Below, one piece after another: positions 41,320 to 53,104 of a DNA stretch of 64,000 bases. The DNA is taken from contig CAJVPI010000014.1 in the NCBI GenBank assembly GCA_910592345.1, forward strand, positions 1-64,000, given 5' to 3'. The position numbers were made by a program, and so were the translations under genes. Under the pieces are notes generated by a model. It was not told the DNA's origin. It searched no databases and worked only from the letters and a program-made list of their open reading frames with translations. Source of the DNA: Paraglomus brasilianum. Its lineage: Eukaryota. Each line of letters opens with the position of its first letter. The first letter of the stretch is position 1.

Positions 41320-44300
41320 TTATATATTAACTGCTATACAAAGCGTCTCCAATATATACATAGACAGCAATTGTATTAAATTATATCTTGGCCATATAAA
41401 TACCACATTGTACAGTGTGTTTAATATGAGAATGACGGATGACCGTCAACAAACAACCCATGAATTTATCTTGCACAAATGATTGTGTTGCGTTCATTAC
41501 TAATTGGGGTCGAATATTCAGAACCAATAGAACTTAGACCAAGGATATCGTTTTAAATAATTTAGGTGATAAGGGTTCGATTGTTAGTCTCATGCGAATC
41601 CTTCTTTATAACATGGGATCGATGAATGAGACTTAACGCATCCGTTCAGTATTATTTGCGACATGACGTTAATAGCATTAACCCTCACACAGTGTATTGC
41701 GGTGGTTTGCAATAAATTGAAACATTATGGTATTTTCATACTACTTCTGATAGCATGCCACGATAACCACGTGCTTACTAAATGTACAAAGAACGACGCA
41801 TCGTAAAAAACTACGAAAGCACTGTGATGAGATTGGATTCTGGAACAATAAGCCTCTCCTTGTTTTTATGAAATATTGTAAATAATACGACGTAACATTA
41901 CTATCGTTGCGAACTATTACAAATTTATGCTCTGATATTTCATCGTAAATGGCTAAATCCCAGGTCCATATACTGACGCTCTAATATCCAAGCGCATGGT
42001 GGCCAGGTTTATATATAGGGTGAATTGATGAAAATGACTCCGAAATTTTTTAAAGATATACTGTATATCGCGTATACTTAGGACTCTGCGCAGACGCGAG
42101 GTATCAATCGGTAAGTTGGTCGCAAGACCCTATTTTCCATGAAATTTTGATGACGTAAGGCTTTATCTTTACTAACGGCTTTCATTTCTGACAAATATTA
42201 TTTTCACAACTACGGTCTCCACTGACGGGGAGCGTAACGATTTTTTATCCGACTAAATTCTCTAAGAATAATTGGATGCATCTTTTGGTACGTCGTGTCC
42301 GTCGCGCAGATTGCTTCGACAACTGTACATCACGTTTAGGGAGACCAATTGGTTAACGAAGCAAATTTTTTAAATGCGCGCCAACAGTTATTAGTATATG
42401 AGACACTGTAACTCCATTATTCCTGGACAATTTCGCTATGGTTTAACTGGCCTCACAAATGACTTAAATTTAATATCATTTAATTGTCGTCAAGAGGAAG
42501 ATGGCAGTAATTTTTTGTAAAATTTGCTCTAAAAATTTTTAAGTACTAAATAACATTTAAGAATTAAATGTAAATTAGTATTATTATTGCTGTCTAAGTG
42601 AATTGACGTGCTTTGAAGTGAGGATTAATCTTAACCCACAGTGCATATGTCCAATGCGGTATTTGAAACGTGCAATTGCATTCTCCAAGTAGTGAGTGAG
42701 TAACGCAAAAGGTTTAATGAAAAATTGGGGGGGTTTTCCCAAAAAATTTCTCGTTTCTGCATGATTTTGGAAGCTCATTGATTGTGCTTTTCGAAAAAAA
42801 AGTAGCAATTTTTTTATACCTTCTCGTTGCATCGTGTGACGAGTGAATGCGATATAGTCTTACCATACAGCTTGAAGCTGTTATCAGGCAGAAAAAATGT
42901 ACAACGTAGGCGTGCTCAGCAGCGAGAAATGTGTGATGTACTATAAGCGCAAAAACTAGTTTAATATGGGGGATTGTTCGCGGAGACGTTCGTGCATTAA
43001 CTAACATGGGTTTAGTTTATTGGCTGAATAATTTGTAACAATGCCCTATACTGCCGTTATAGTACATTACTAGTACACCAGATTGAAGTATCGCGACGGG
43101 GGCGCATAAAATTGAGCATAACTTCTTTCATGAGATAACGCAGAATCTATTGTTAAGGAGAAAGATAGATGGAACGATTGCTTTAATAGATGACAAATCG
43201 AGGACAATTTTATTGGTTTGGAGAGAATCGATAACGACTATGTCGATGACCCGAGACGTTTTAGTTTATTAATATTTTTGGGGAATGCAAAAAGGGGTTG
43301 AGTTGTATTGACCATATTTGCTGACAAAAAAACTTAATAAAAAGTTAAGCAATTAATTAAACTTTGTTACCAGCAAAAAAAAATAAGCAATAATTGTCTA
43401 TTACGCATTTTAAATAAACAAACTAAGCTGTCAAATGTCAACGAATACTTATGAATAAAAGTTGCTCTATTACAATTTTTGGAATGAAGACATTAGCTCT
43501 GTGCCCGAGCTAGCAAGGGCCACAAAACTGCCAGTTACAAAAGTTAAATTAGAACGGCGTTTCGAAAAATCCGCAACAGCAAAAACGGTTCGAAAACCTG
43601 CAACAGCACAAAATACTATAATTAGAAATAGCTAAAAGAGCGTTGCGCTTTTTCCGCAACGCTCGAAGATATTAAGTAGCTCATATTCCATCGCCAAATC
43701 ATGTCCTGAAAACATCAAAAGTTCGAATATTGTTGTGGAATAAAATAAAGCTACTGATCCTAGTGGTATCCTTTATTATCAATATCCATTTAATTTCTAT
43801 CGTCGAAATAATTGATGGAGTTTATCTCACTTAATATATCGAAGAAGTAACTCATACATTGTCATCGTCACCAACCTCTGAGTCTCGCCGGGGTACGACT
43901 CACGTTGGGTAAATGGGAATTCCTCTTACGGGATATTCGACTGTTAACTTTCCTCAACTATTGAGAGCGTTCATAATTATCATTGCTGGATAATTCACTG
44001 AACCGGAAGTCCGATATATCGTTAGTCTATGACAATGTTACGTTTTTCTATGAGTTTACTTGTATTCCGTTGCGATTAAGTTAACACTCGACGCCAAGCG
44101 AAGAGTTAATATTTAATTTGCTGAACTAAGAAAGAGTATAAAGAGTTCGATATGACGCCAAGCGAAATATCAATCACACTACGCTCGTTGGGTTAAGACG
44201 TAAAGAGTATCGGGAATATTCGTCTAGACATGTGGTTATCGTGACGACTCGTATACGTAACGGCTAATACAATTACGACTAGTATGATCGTTAATCACAT

Positions 44301-44640
44301 AAGCCCATCATGAAGCGATGCTGAGAAGAACAGCCCATCGCGTTCACACCTTTGCAACAGCATGATGAGGACGATTTTGAAAAACTTTATCACACAGAGC
44401 TTTGGGGTGCCAAATGTACAAGACGAACGTAGGAAAATATTCTACCAGTCCAGCGTCTACCAGTCCAGCGGCTAGTTTGTCGTTTTGTGAAGGGAAAGTA
44501 TCAAGTAAAAGGACACTGTGGCTTGCAAATATTTGCAGGAAAACGAAAGAAGGTGCTTATTATTATGTTAATTAGAGCTATTGAGACTACGATTTATTTG
44601 CCTTACTAACGTCTCATTTTTTGTACTAATTCTATGACCC

Positions 44641-45117
44641 AAATACCCAAGATGATGAGAAAATTGTTATCAAATATGTTGAAAGGTACTGCGAGGATGC
44701 TCATAGGCTTTGCGCCAGTGAAAACCTGGCTCCACAGCTGCTCTATGTAGGTCCAAGGATGCCTGGAGGATACCAAATGATCACAATGGAATACATTGAG
44801 GGTACCATGCTACACAACTTTTCCAAATGTGATCCAGCCAGTATCTATGAAGATTTAGAGAAAGCTATAACACAGGTGCTTCATCCTCAGGAACTAGTCT
44901 TTGCAGACCTCCGACCACCAAACATCCTGGTTGTCCCCAGGATGGCAAGCATCGAGTAATGCTCATTGATTTTGATTGGTGTGGAAAAGATGGCACAGAC
45001 ACTTATCCAAGCTCAATGAACATGTGCTCAGATTACTTGGCCTGAAAGAGTGATACCTGGTGTTGTCCTCAAGAAGGAAGATGACAAGTTTATAAATTGA
45101 AGTATGCTCTTAACCTG
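44641..45117 (+). pseudogene. Protein-kinase-like domain relic (CRN-associated/fungal type)
   Basis: KIVIKYVERYCEDAHRLCASENLAPQLLY..MITMEYI..LVFADLRPPNILV (frameshift) VMLIDFDWCGK..YPSSMN (frameshift) ITWPE; no N-terminus. Confidence 0.75.
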
Positions 45118-45729
45118 TAATTGTATCTCTCCTTTCATATTCAGCAGATCTTCATGCATAAAAGAAAGATGTAAAGTGAAAGCAGGAAGTGCAAACTAAA
45201 AAAAAGACGTTGAGCCACATAACATTATGTTACATGATGAATATGCTAGTCCCAACAGTATTAGCTAGACATTATACTGTACATATCCACACTTGAACTG
45301 ATAGAATATTCTTACTATAATAAAAAGACATTACTGTGTCAGAAGGGAATCAATTTTTGTCTGCTTGCTGACACAGTAATATGTTTCTTTATTATTATTA
45401 TGCTATAGCTAGTGTTAATTTTTTTTTGTTCATATTACTGTACAGCTTATTATTCGACTAAGCTGTTGTAAGACCCATCATTATGCGACGTCATTCCGCC
45501 TTGCCTGCTGCACTTCGTGCACTGGGGGGGGGGGGTCTAATAAATGCATGTGGTAATCTGCAATATGAATTTGAGATGTATTGATAGTAGTAGCGTTTTG
45601 ACATTTAGCTTTAGTAATTCTAATAGTTTTTCCTGGGTTGCAACAGAAACTACAATCGATTAAAATTTTAATCAATGCAATTGTCAAAATTAATGCTCTA
45701 GATTGTACATGAATTATAAAATTATTATA

Positions 45730-46070
45730 TAGGATTACCCGTATATGAAAATTTATAATTATAACGGTTCTAGAGAATATAAAAAAGCCATGCGTTTCTT
45801 GGAGATAGGTTGCAATTGTGGTTGCTCGAAAATGATTCCGAGAGAAAGGTTTGCCGAATTACGTGAAGCGTTTCAAGCTCTCTCTAGATCCGAACAAGAT
45901 ATATTTGTAATGGCCCAGCTGAAAGCAATGAATGGTGGAGAAATAACTGCCAGCCGGCGTCTTAAAAAGAAAACGCGTATTAATAGGAGAACTTTTTATT
46001 ATTGAGATCGATCGCAATACGCCTCTTTGTCAGAAAATGTATCTTAATATGTTAATTCTCGTTGGTCGAC
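45730..46070 (+). pseudogene. Second copy of the Sola-like transposase 5' part, truncated
   Basis: Clearly homologous to 2980-3290(-): TAGGATTACCC..ATG, GCNCGCSKMIPRERFAELREAFQALSRSEQDIFVMAQLKAMNGGEITASRRLKKK. Confidence 0.8.
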
Positions 46071-46071
46071 A

Positions 46072-48165
46072 TCTCCGCGGCGTAAAATCGTCAATTAGAT
46101 AATAATAAACCCACGTGCCACACACTCTACTTCGCCGTTTTATGACGCATGTCACTTTACTTGCTGTCGATGGAACGAAGTGTATTAATGAACGTGCATA
46201 CAACAAGGGTACATTGTTATTTATAAAGATGACCAGGCTTAGGGAAACCATGCTCAAATAAAAGCTCTTTTGTGTAACTATTGTAAAAGAAAAGTTTATT
46301 GATCTTTGAAAATCGCATGGAGCTCGAAGAGTATACTGATTGAGATAATGATTCAGCGTGTGGGAAAGGAGAGAGAGAGTGGGAGAGTAAGAAGGATGGA
46401 AGAGGAGAGAAACACTAATTACTGAAAGTGCGATTGAAGATTCGACCCCGTCATATCCAAATAGCCTGATTATGATGTTCGTCAATTGGGTGAACCGAAA
46501 TCGCATCCAGATTGTGGCATGGCTGCAGATTGGAGAGACCGCCGGAGGTGTGAGGGATGGGTCTGGGATGTGGGAGCTACATTGTTTTGCTCATCACACA
46601 CGTTGATCAACACACTAGCAATGTTGCAATACTTCGGAAATGGTTTACTACTACGGTCTGCGGCTTTACAATTAGTAAGCCTATTAGTTCTACCTATACA
46701 TTCGACAGTAGTGAGTCGGGAGTAACGACTTCTAAATTCGTAAAATGCGGTCTATGAAAAAAAGAGGTTACTAATGCAAGTTCAGATAGCCATGCTGGAT
46801 CAATCATTGTCAAACACGCGCATAAATGCTTTCGTAGCCTCGACAACAATTTACATTAGAAAGAAGAAAGCCCGTGGCAGTTCCTCAGACACGTACCTTC
46901 GTGGAAAATAACATATGGTGCGTTTCTCGTAAACAGTACGGATATTCGTAAACTTGACTAACTCCAAATGATAAACTTCTTACATCGTTATCTTCTGGCA
47001 TCATTTTTGCAAGCATTGGCAAAGTCTGATAAGACATTTTCTTATTTTCACCCACATGATTCAAAAGGAATATTGAATCCTTTAAGAAATTTCAACAGTT
47101 GAGATCTTATAGGAAAAATGCTCCAGACGAAAGCACGAAAGTTCGGGAAATAATCATGGCACCAGCGGGCTGATTGCTGACCGTGCGTATAAACTGTCAA
47201 CATGGGAAAGTGAATGGTTAGATGTCGAGGCAAGCAAAATCTAAACAGTACCGGTTACAACAGTTAAATGATTGTTTACTGCTGAAAAATACATAACATA
47301 AATTGATTCTTTTATGACAATATTCGCCATTTTCTCAGTAAACAAAAACAAACAAGAAAAATGTATAAAATATCTCTTTAAATTACCAATTGCCATATCT
47401 TCTACATTACTTTTTCTTGAAAAAAGTAAAAAAATACCCGCTTCCCTTTCCGTCATTGCTTACATTATCCAACAAGCTGTAGAATCTATAAATGAGAACA
47501 ACATACAAAAAGGTCTCGCATACTGTCGCCTACCCGACGATAACTCCCAACTGATACAATTTACGTATTGTTCCTGAAAAAGACGAAAACGAATCTTCGA
47601 CGGGGCCGCTGACCGTACGCATTCAAGAAGAATGTTCTTAAATAATTCTCTTATAAAAAAAGGTATTTGCAATGAAACTATTGGCGTTATCACTGATTTT
47701 GATGCTCGAGACAAGTGGCAATTTGTGTACAGAATGCAATAGTTCACTGTTGGATACGACAACACACCTCCTACTTTTATGCTGCAGGGCAAAAAGCTAC
47801 TCGAACTCAGCTTCCTCTACAGAAATCATTCGCTCTAACGATACCTAAAACTCAAGGTCTTACATTACAAAAAATAACTGTATCACTGATCATCACATAT
47901 TCTCTCCAGGTCAAGCTTACGTTGCAATTAGCTGGTGTCCGACTTGGGAAAACCTCAACATCGGCGCGTTAAACAGAACTGCTTTCACAACCGATTCAAA
48001 TGTAGTAAAAGAATATGAAAGACTACAACGTGTTGCTCAACAACTTTCAATAACTTCCCCATTTTAACCCGCATATCAAAAATAAAACTAACTACTGCAC
48101 ATTAGAATTACTTAACATATTAACTATAACCTGCCCGGTCAACGCGGACTTCAATACTACACTAG
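46072..48165 (+). mobile_element. Non-autonomous Helitron (5' end tentative)
   Basis: Pif1 helicase tail, then imperfect GC hairpin GCCCGGTCAACGCGGAC (48133-48149) and CTAG|T at 48162-48166; candidate A|TC 5' end at 46071-46073 where the Sola-like fragment stops. Confidence 0.7.
47460..48067 (+). pseudogene. Helitron Pif1-family helicase C-terminal fragment
   Basis: FLNNSLIKKGICNETIGVIT, ATRTQLPLQKSFALTIPKTQGLTL, (frameshift) IFSPGQAYVAIS..W..VVKEYERL. Confidence 0.85.
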
Positions 48166-50813
48166 TTATTTACTCATAATGGTAAAGATTGTCGAAATTA
48201 TAACGAAGTTTATTATAATATAGTGAAGTTTATTATAATACAGTATAGTTCGTTATTATTATAATGTAGTGAAGTTTGTTATCGAAAAACTTCGTTATAT
48301 TCTTATCAGTTGACAGATTTAAAACTTTGTTATATTGGTACAAAGAGTGGTACTATTAACATGTCAATTTTTCTATAGACAAGTGGCGACTACCCAAATA
48401 CTCACTTTCTCGTCAAGCTTCTTCTTCTTTGAGTATTGTGGGAATCTCCTCGATGACAATTACATGCCTATATCTTATCTCACAATGCTGATTATGAATC
48501 GGATAATGTAAATATGTGCACCCAAACAAAGCTCGCAGTAATAACAAAGAGTTGTTCTTGTTGGTATATTAATACCAAACATAAGACATTTCACTCCAAT
48601 ATGCTTAAAGGTTTGGTTAAAATGTAAGCTAATTCTCCCAATATGATTGCCGTTTATAGTTCGTTAATTTCTTCGTATAATACGCGTAGTTTGGTAACGG
48701 TGATTGAAAAACGCGGATTGATTTTATAAAAAACAAATTAACCAAAAAGAGTCAAAACTTATTTTTAATTATCAAGAATTATTCTCAAATCAGAAAGTTT
48801 ATGTTGTGATTTCAGCTAGTACTAAATTTAACTCAACGAAATTTCTGACATCAAGATGTAATCACTTTAGATTTTGCACACAAGCACAAAATGCTAATGT
48901 CGAATATTTGGCGATATATAATGCCATCGGATGATGAACACACATTCTAGCTCACTACCCAGCATACGTGGTTAGCGAAACTGCTGGCTGTTTGGCAGCA
49001 TTAACATTCAAACATTTTAACTAGCTTTAGCACATTCGAACATTGTACTTTTCTATCGCAGTCATTTGTCGTACAACAATGTACCCCATAAAGACTCATT
49101 TTTAAGCCTATAGCATTTTCCACTCTCAAAATCTACCGAATATGATAACTGTAGTGCATTCTGGAAGATTTGTTCTGGGGGGGAAGCAAGACGACAGTAG
49201 TTGCTGACCCACTCGAAACACCTTGCTTTAACCTATTTTCCAATTAGTCACTGAGAATCGCCAACATAAGATGTGCCTTTTGCTAATAATTATCAGATTA
49301 CACGGTGTATTCTAAACTTATTGCAATCATACTGATATTAATATTTAATATGTTAATGTGTTCATTAGATTAGGAATCGGGAAATGTGATGTGATTGCTT
49401 GACATGAGATTCGATTTTAACATGAGCAAGCCGAACTTATGTCATGCTTAAGAGAGGCATGCCCGGTTCTGAACCTCATGTTACAAGTCTCTTTGTATTG
49501 CATAGAAAGCGTACTATTATTACTAGTATATGACACTGTGCTAGTAAGCGTGAAAATTTTAAGAGTATAGGCTATATTATATTTCCGACTTTTTGATCTA
49601 ATAATACCAATACTTTCCCCTTCAATGGATATAGCCTAGTCATGCTGTCACCATAAAAAGGTAAGCGCTAATACTAACTTCACACCAAGTTTGAAGGGTC
49701 ACATGGATACATTAATAAGAATAAGGATAGATTGGTCTCAAATTAGTGAAAGTCTTTGTATATATTAAAAAGTCGATAATAAAATGTTGCTACCAGTATT
49801 TGGTAAGTTTTTCCTGAATTTGGAATTCATTCCTGCATATTAAAATAGAAATATATTTCACAAATATTCGCCAGAAAAGTTCATTGTCAAATAATACAGC
49901 TTGTGTAACTTTATTTATTGGGAAATGAAAATATCGGAACTTCCCGTGATAACCAGATGGTAGTCGGAAAATAAACCTTATCGATATCGAAAAAAATTGT
50001 TAGCCTTAGTATTAATATATTAAGCCTTACATTAACATTCCTGTAAGCAAAGTGGAGGCATCACGCAAGCTCTAAAAGTAGCAGACTTTATAGCAAGTAG
50101 CGGCAGACTATGCATAGAGATGTGATGATCGGGAGATGGATGAGATCTGACATTTTAACGACCTTCGTGAATAAGGAAGGATTCACCCGTCGGGTTCCAA
50201 ATTAGACTTGCTTTACAGTTTATACTGTATTCGAATGATACGCGCACGACATGCCGAGTCGAGTATCTGCTGAAACCATGAGGAACGAGAGAGACTTTTT
50301 CTCAAATTTGAATAAGTGAAAAGAACTATTATATTACTGGTTGTTCAAGTAGCACTATCAGTAATTAAACAAACATAATACAGGGTGAACAGTGGCGTTT
50401 TATAATTTTGAACCACTGAAATTTTGTGTTCACTTTACTATTTTTTTCTTTTTTTTTTTGGGCTATGCAATTTATACAACTCATCCCGCGTCCCAAAATC
50501 ATTCATCCCAGAAAATTTTGACACGTTCTGTGTGACATCTCCATCGATGATCCGACACCCCTCTTTCCTTGCGGAACAAATCAGTCCAATCACATTTACA
50601 ATCAGTATTACTCAATCATGCAAATGAGGGTTTAACCCCTATTTTTTTCGAAAAAAAATTTTTTCCCCTTGTTTGGGGGTACTTTGACATCGATTATAAC
50701 ACACTAGATGATCCCTTCTTTCCTTGCCCTTTCATTAATTGTGCTCTCAGCTTACCACCACTCGACCAGAAACCCATCTCTTTTATTCTCCTCCCCACTC
50801 TACATAAGTCGTC

Positions 50814-52065
50814 ATGTCAAAAGACGCTAAGCATTCTTCCTTCGCGGTTGATTTCCTTATGGGCGGTGTGTCCGCTGCAGTATCAAAGACTGCCGCCGCG
50901 CCCATCGAGCGTGTCAAACTGCTTATTCAGAATCAAGATGAGATGATCAAGGCTGGCCGTCTTAGTGAACCATACAAGGGCATTGGTGATTGCTTCAGAA
51001 GAACAGTACACCAAGAAGGCTTTATCGCCCTCTGGCGTGGTAATACCGCTAATGTCATCAGATATTTCCCTACTCAGGCACTCAACTTTGCTTTCAAGGA
51101 TAAATTTAAGCGAATGTTCAATTTTAAGAAGGAAAAAGACGGATACGCAAAAGTGTTTTTGGGAAATATTGCTTCCGGTGGTGCAGCTGGTGCTGTATCT
51201 TTGACCTTTGTGTATTCTCTCGATTATGCACGTACTCGTCTTGCAAATGATGCTAAGGCTGCCAAGAAGGGTGGTGAACGTCAATTCAATGGATTGGTTG
51301 ATGTCTACCGTAAGACCCTGAAATCTGATGGCATTGTTGGGCTTTACAGAGGTATATACGATACGATTGATCATTTTATATCAAATCCCAAATGAAAAAT
51401 TTTCCCTTTGATATTATTCACGTGACTTATCTGATTTATACTTTTTTTTTTTTTGCAGGATTCAATATTTCTTGTGTTGGTATTATAATTTACAGAGGTA
51501 ATTTGACATTCATCAAATGACAATTGGTGCTTTATCATCTCGAGATGGGGGACAAATGACTAACTACTGCTTTCTACTTAATCGTTTGGTATAGGATTGT
51601 ACTTTGGGATGTTTGATTCATTGAAACCCATCGTGCTTCGAGGTCAATTCAAGGATAGTTTCCTTGCAAGGTAACAATACTGATTATTTGATAGTTATTC
51701 CATCAGTTATGAACATGTGTTTGTCATCACCTTTGCTGTTACTTTACTGACAAAATCGCTTCATCCCTTCTTCGTTATCCAATAGTTTCGCTCTTGGTTG
51801 GGGTATTACTATCGGTGCTGGCCTTGCTTCATACCCTATCGATACGGTTAGACGTCGTATGATGATGACATCTGGTGAAGCAGTCAAGTACAAAAGTTCG
51901 ATGCACGCATTCGCCGAAATTATCCGTAACGAGGGTGTTAAATCTCTCTTCAAGGGTGCTGGTGCTAATATCCTTCGTGCCGTCGCTGGTGCTGGTGTGT
52001 TGGCCGGTTACGATAAACTCCAAGTCATCTTCTTTGGCAAGGCTTATAAGGGTGGTTCAGGATAG
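50814..52065 (+). CDS. AAC: Mitochondrial ADP/ATP carrier, 4 exons
   Basis: [58 protein letters not shown] signature; exons 50814-51351, 51459-51498, 51595-51670, 51786-52065. Confidence 0.98.
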
Positions 52066-53104
52066 AAAAATAAAAATGTTTCACTTCTAGATAGAAGACG
52101 TGTGACAAAGAAATGTCATAATATGTAAGCGAATATTATTTATATTAGGAGGGAGATGTTAATGTTTTAGAAGTGATATACATTTTGTATATTGATTGAG
52201 GTGATGAATAGAAGTAGATGAGAATTTCTGTATCGAATGAGTAATAGAAAAGCGTGACATTGTCACTTCTCGCCTTAAATCATTAAAAAACCCTCGAATA
52301 TTTGAATTAAAATATCTGAGAAGCGAACAATAGCAATTTTCCGCATATTCACGCTACATGGATTATATAGCTTTGCTTATTATAATCTTAAATTACTTCG
52401 TATCCAACTGTCCCAACTGGGCCAATCCCAACATTGCTATTTCTGTAATCGTCACCATCCACCAAATGTGCTGAAACATCTTTTTGCTCATTTGACATTT
52501 CTGGGTGGGTTGCGTGGACGGCAGGTAATTTATACTTTATTTCAATTCTGAAAATACCCTTTAAAACCGTGTTTCCCATGAATATTATCGGTTTTAGGCC
52601 CTTTCCAACAATAGTTCTATTCTCTATGCAGAGAAATAAGAAATGTGTCCAAGTTAGTCTTGAGTTTAGTAAAGTTAATATAAAACATATAGAAGTTCTT
52701 TGGTTAAGTTAATAAAGCATACTATAGCATCTATGACAACAAACCTTTTGTAATCGAGAATACTCAACCAGAAATAGTTGGGAAGAAAATGTATACACTA
52801 GAAACACCATATCAGAGGCTATATATATAAATATATCTATTATTGTTGGAAAGTAGTGACGAAAAAAAAAATAAAAATTCCATCGCTTTCACTGTTCTTA
52901 CGGTCTCTTCTTTCACTGTTCTCTGTTCCTGCCGTTACGCAGCACTTTGTAGTATCCAAAGCATCGACTGATATTGTACTATCTTCAATCATACAACGCT
53001 CAGACTATAACGGGGAAACATTAGATATTCAGAATTTAATAATATATGAACGGAATACTATATCTGCAGAGCAGGACATAATTGTATATTACTCGTGATC
53101 AATC

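Noticed and set aside
43766..43967. Perfect U12 donor GTATCCTTT with downstream TTTCCTCAAC..AG
   Set aside because: No flanking gene or exons; roughly one such 9-mer is plausible by chance in 64 kb on two strands.
48195..48335. Repeated GAAGTTTATTATAATA units resembling an array
   Set aside because: Irregular, no unique spacers; not CRISPR, most likely subterminal repeats of a decayed TE.
50122..50150. C-box GTGATGA and D-box CTGA suggesting a C/D snoRNA
   Set aside because: Spacing far too short and no recognisable guide sequence.
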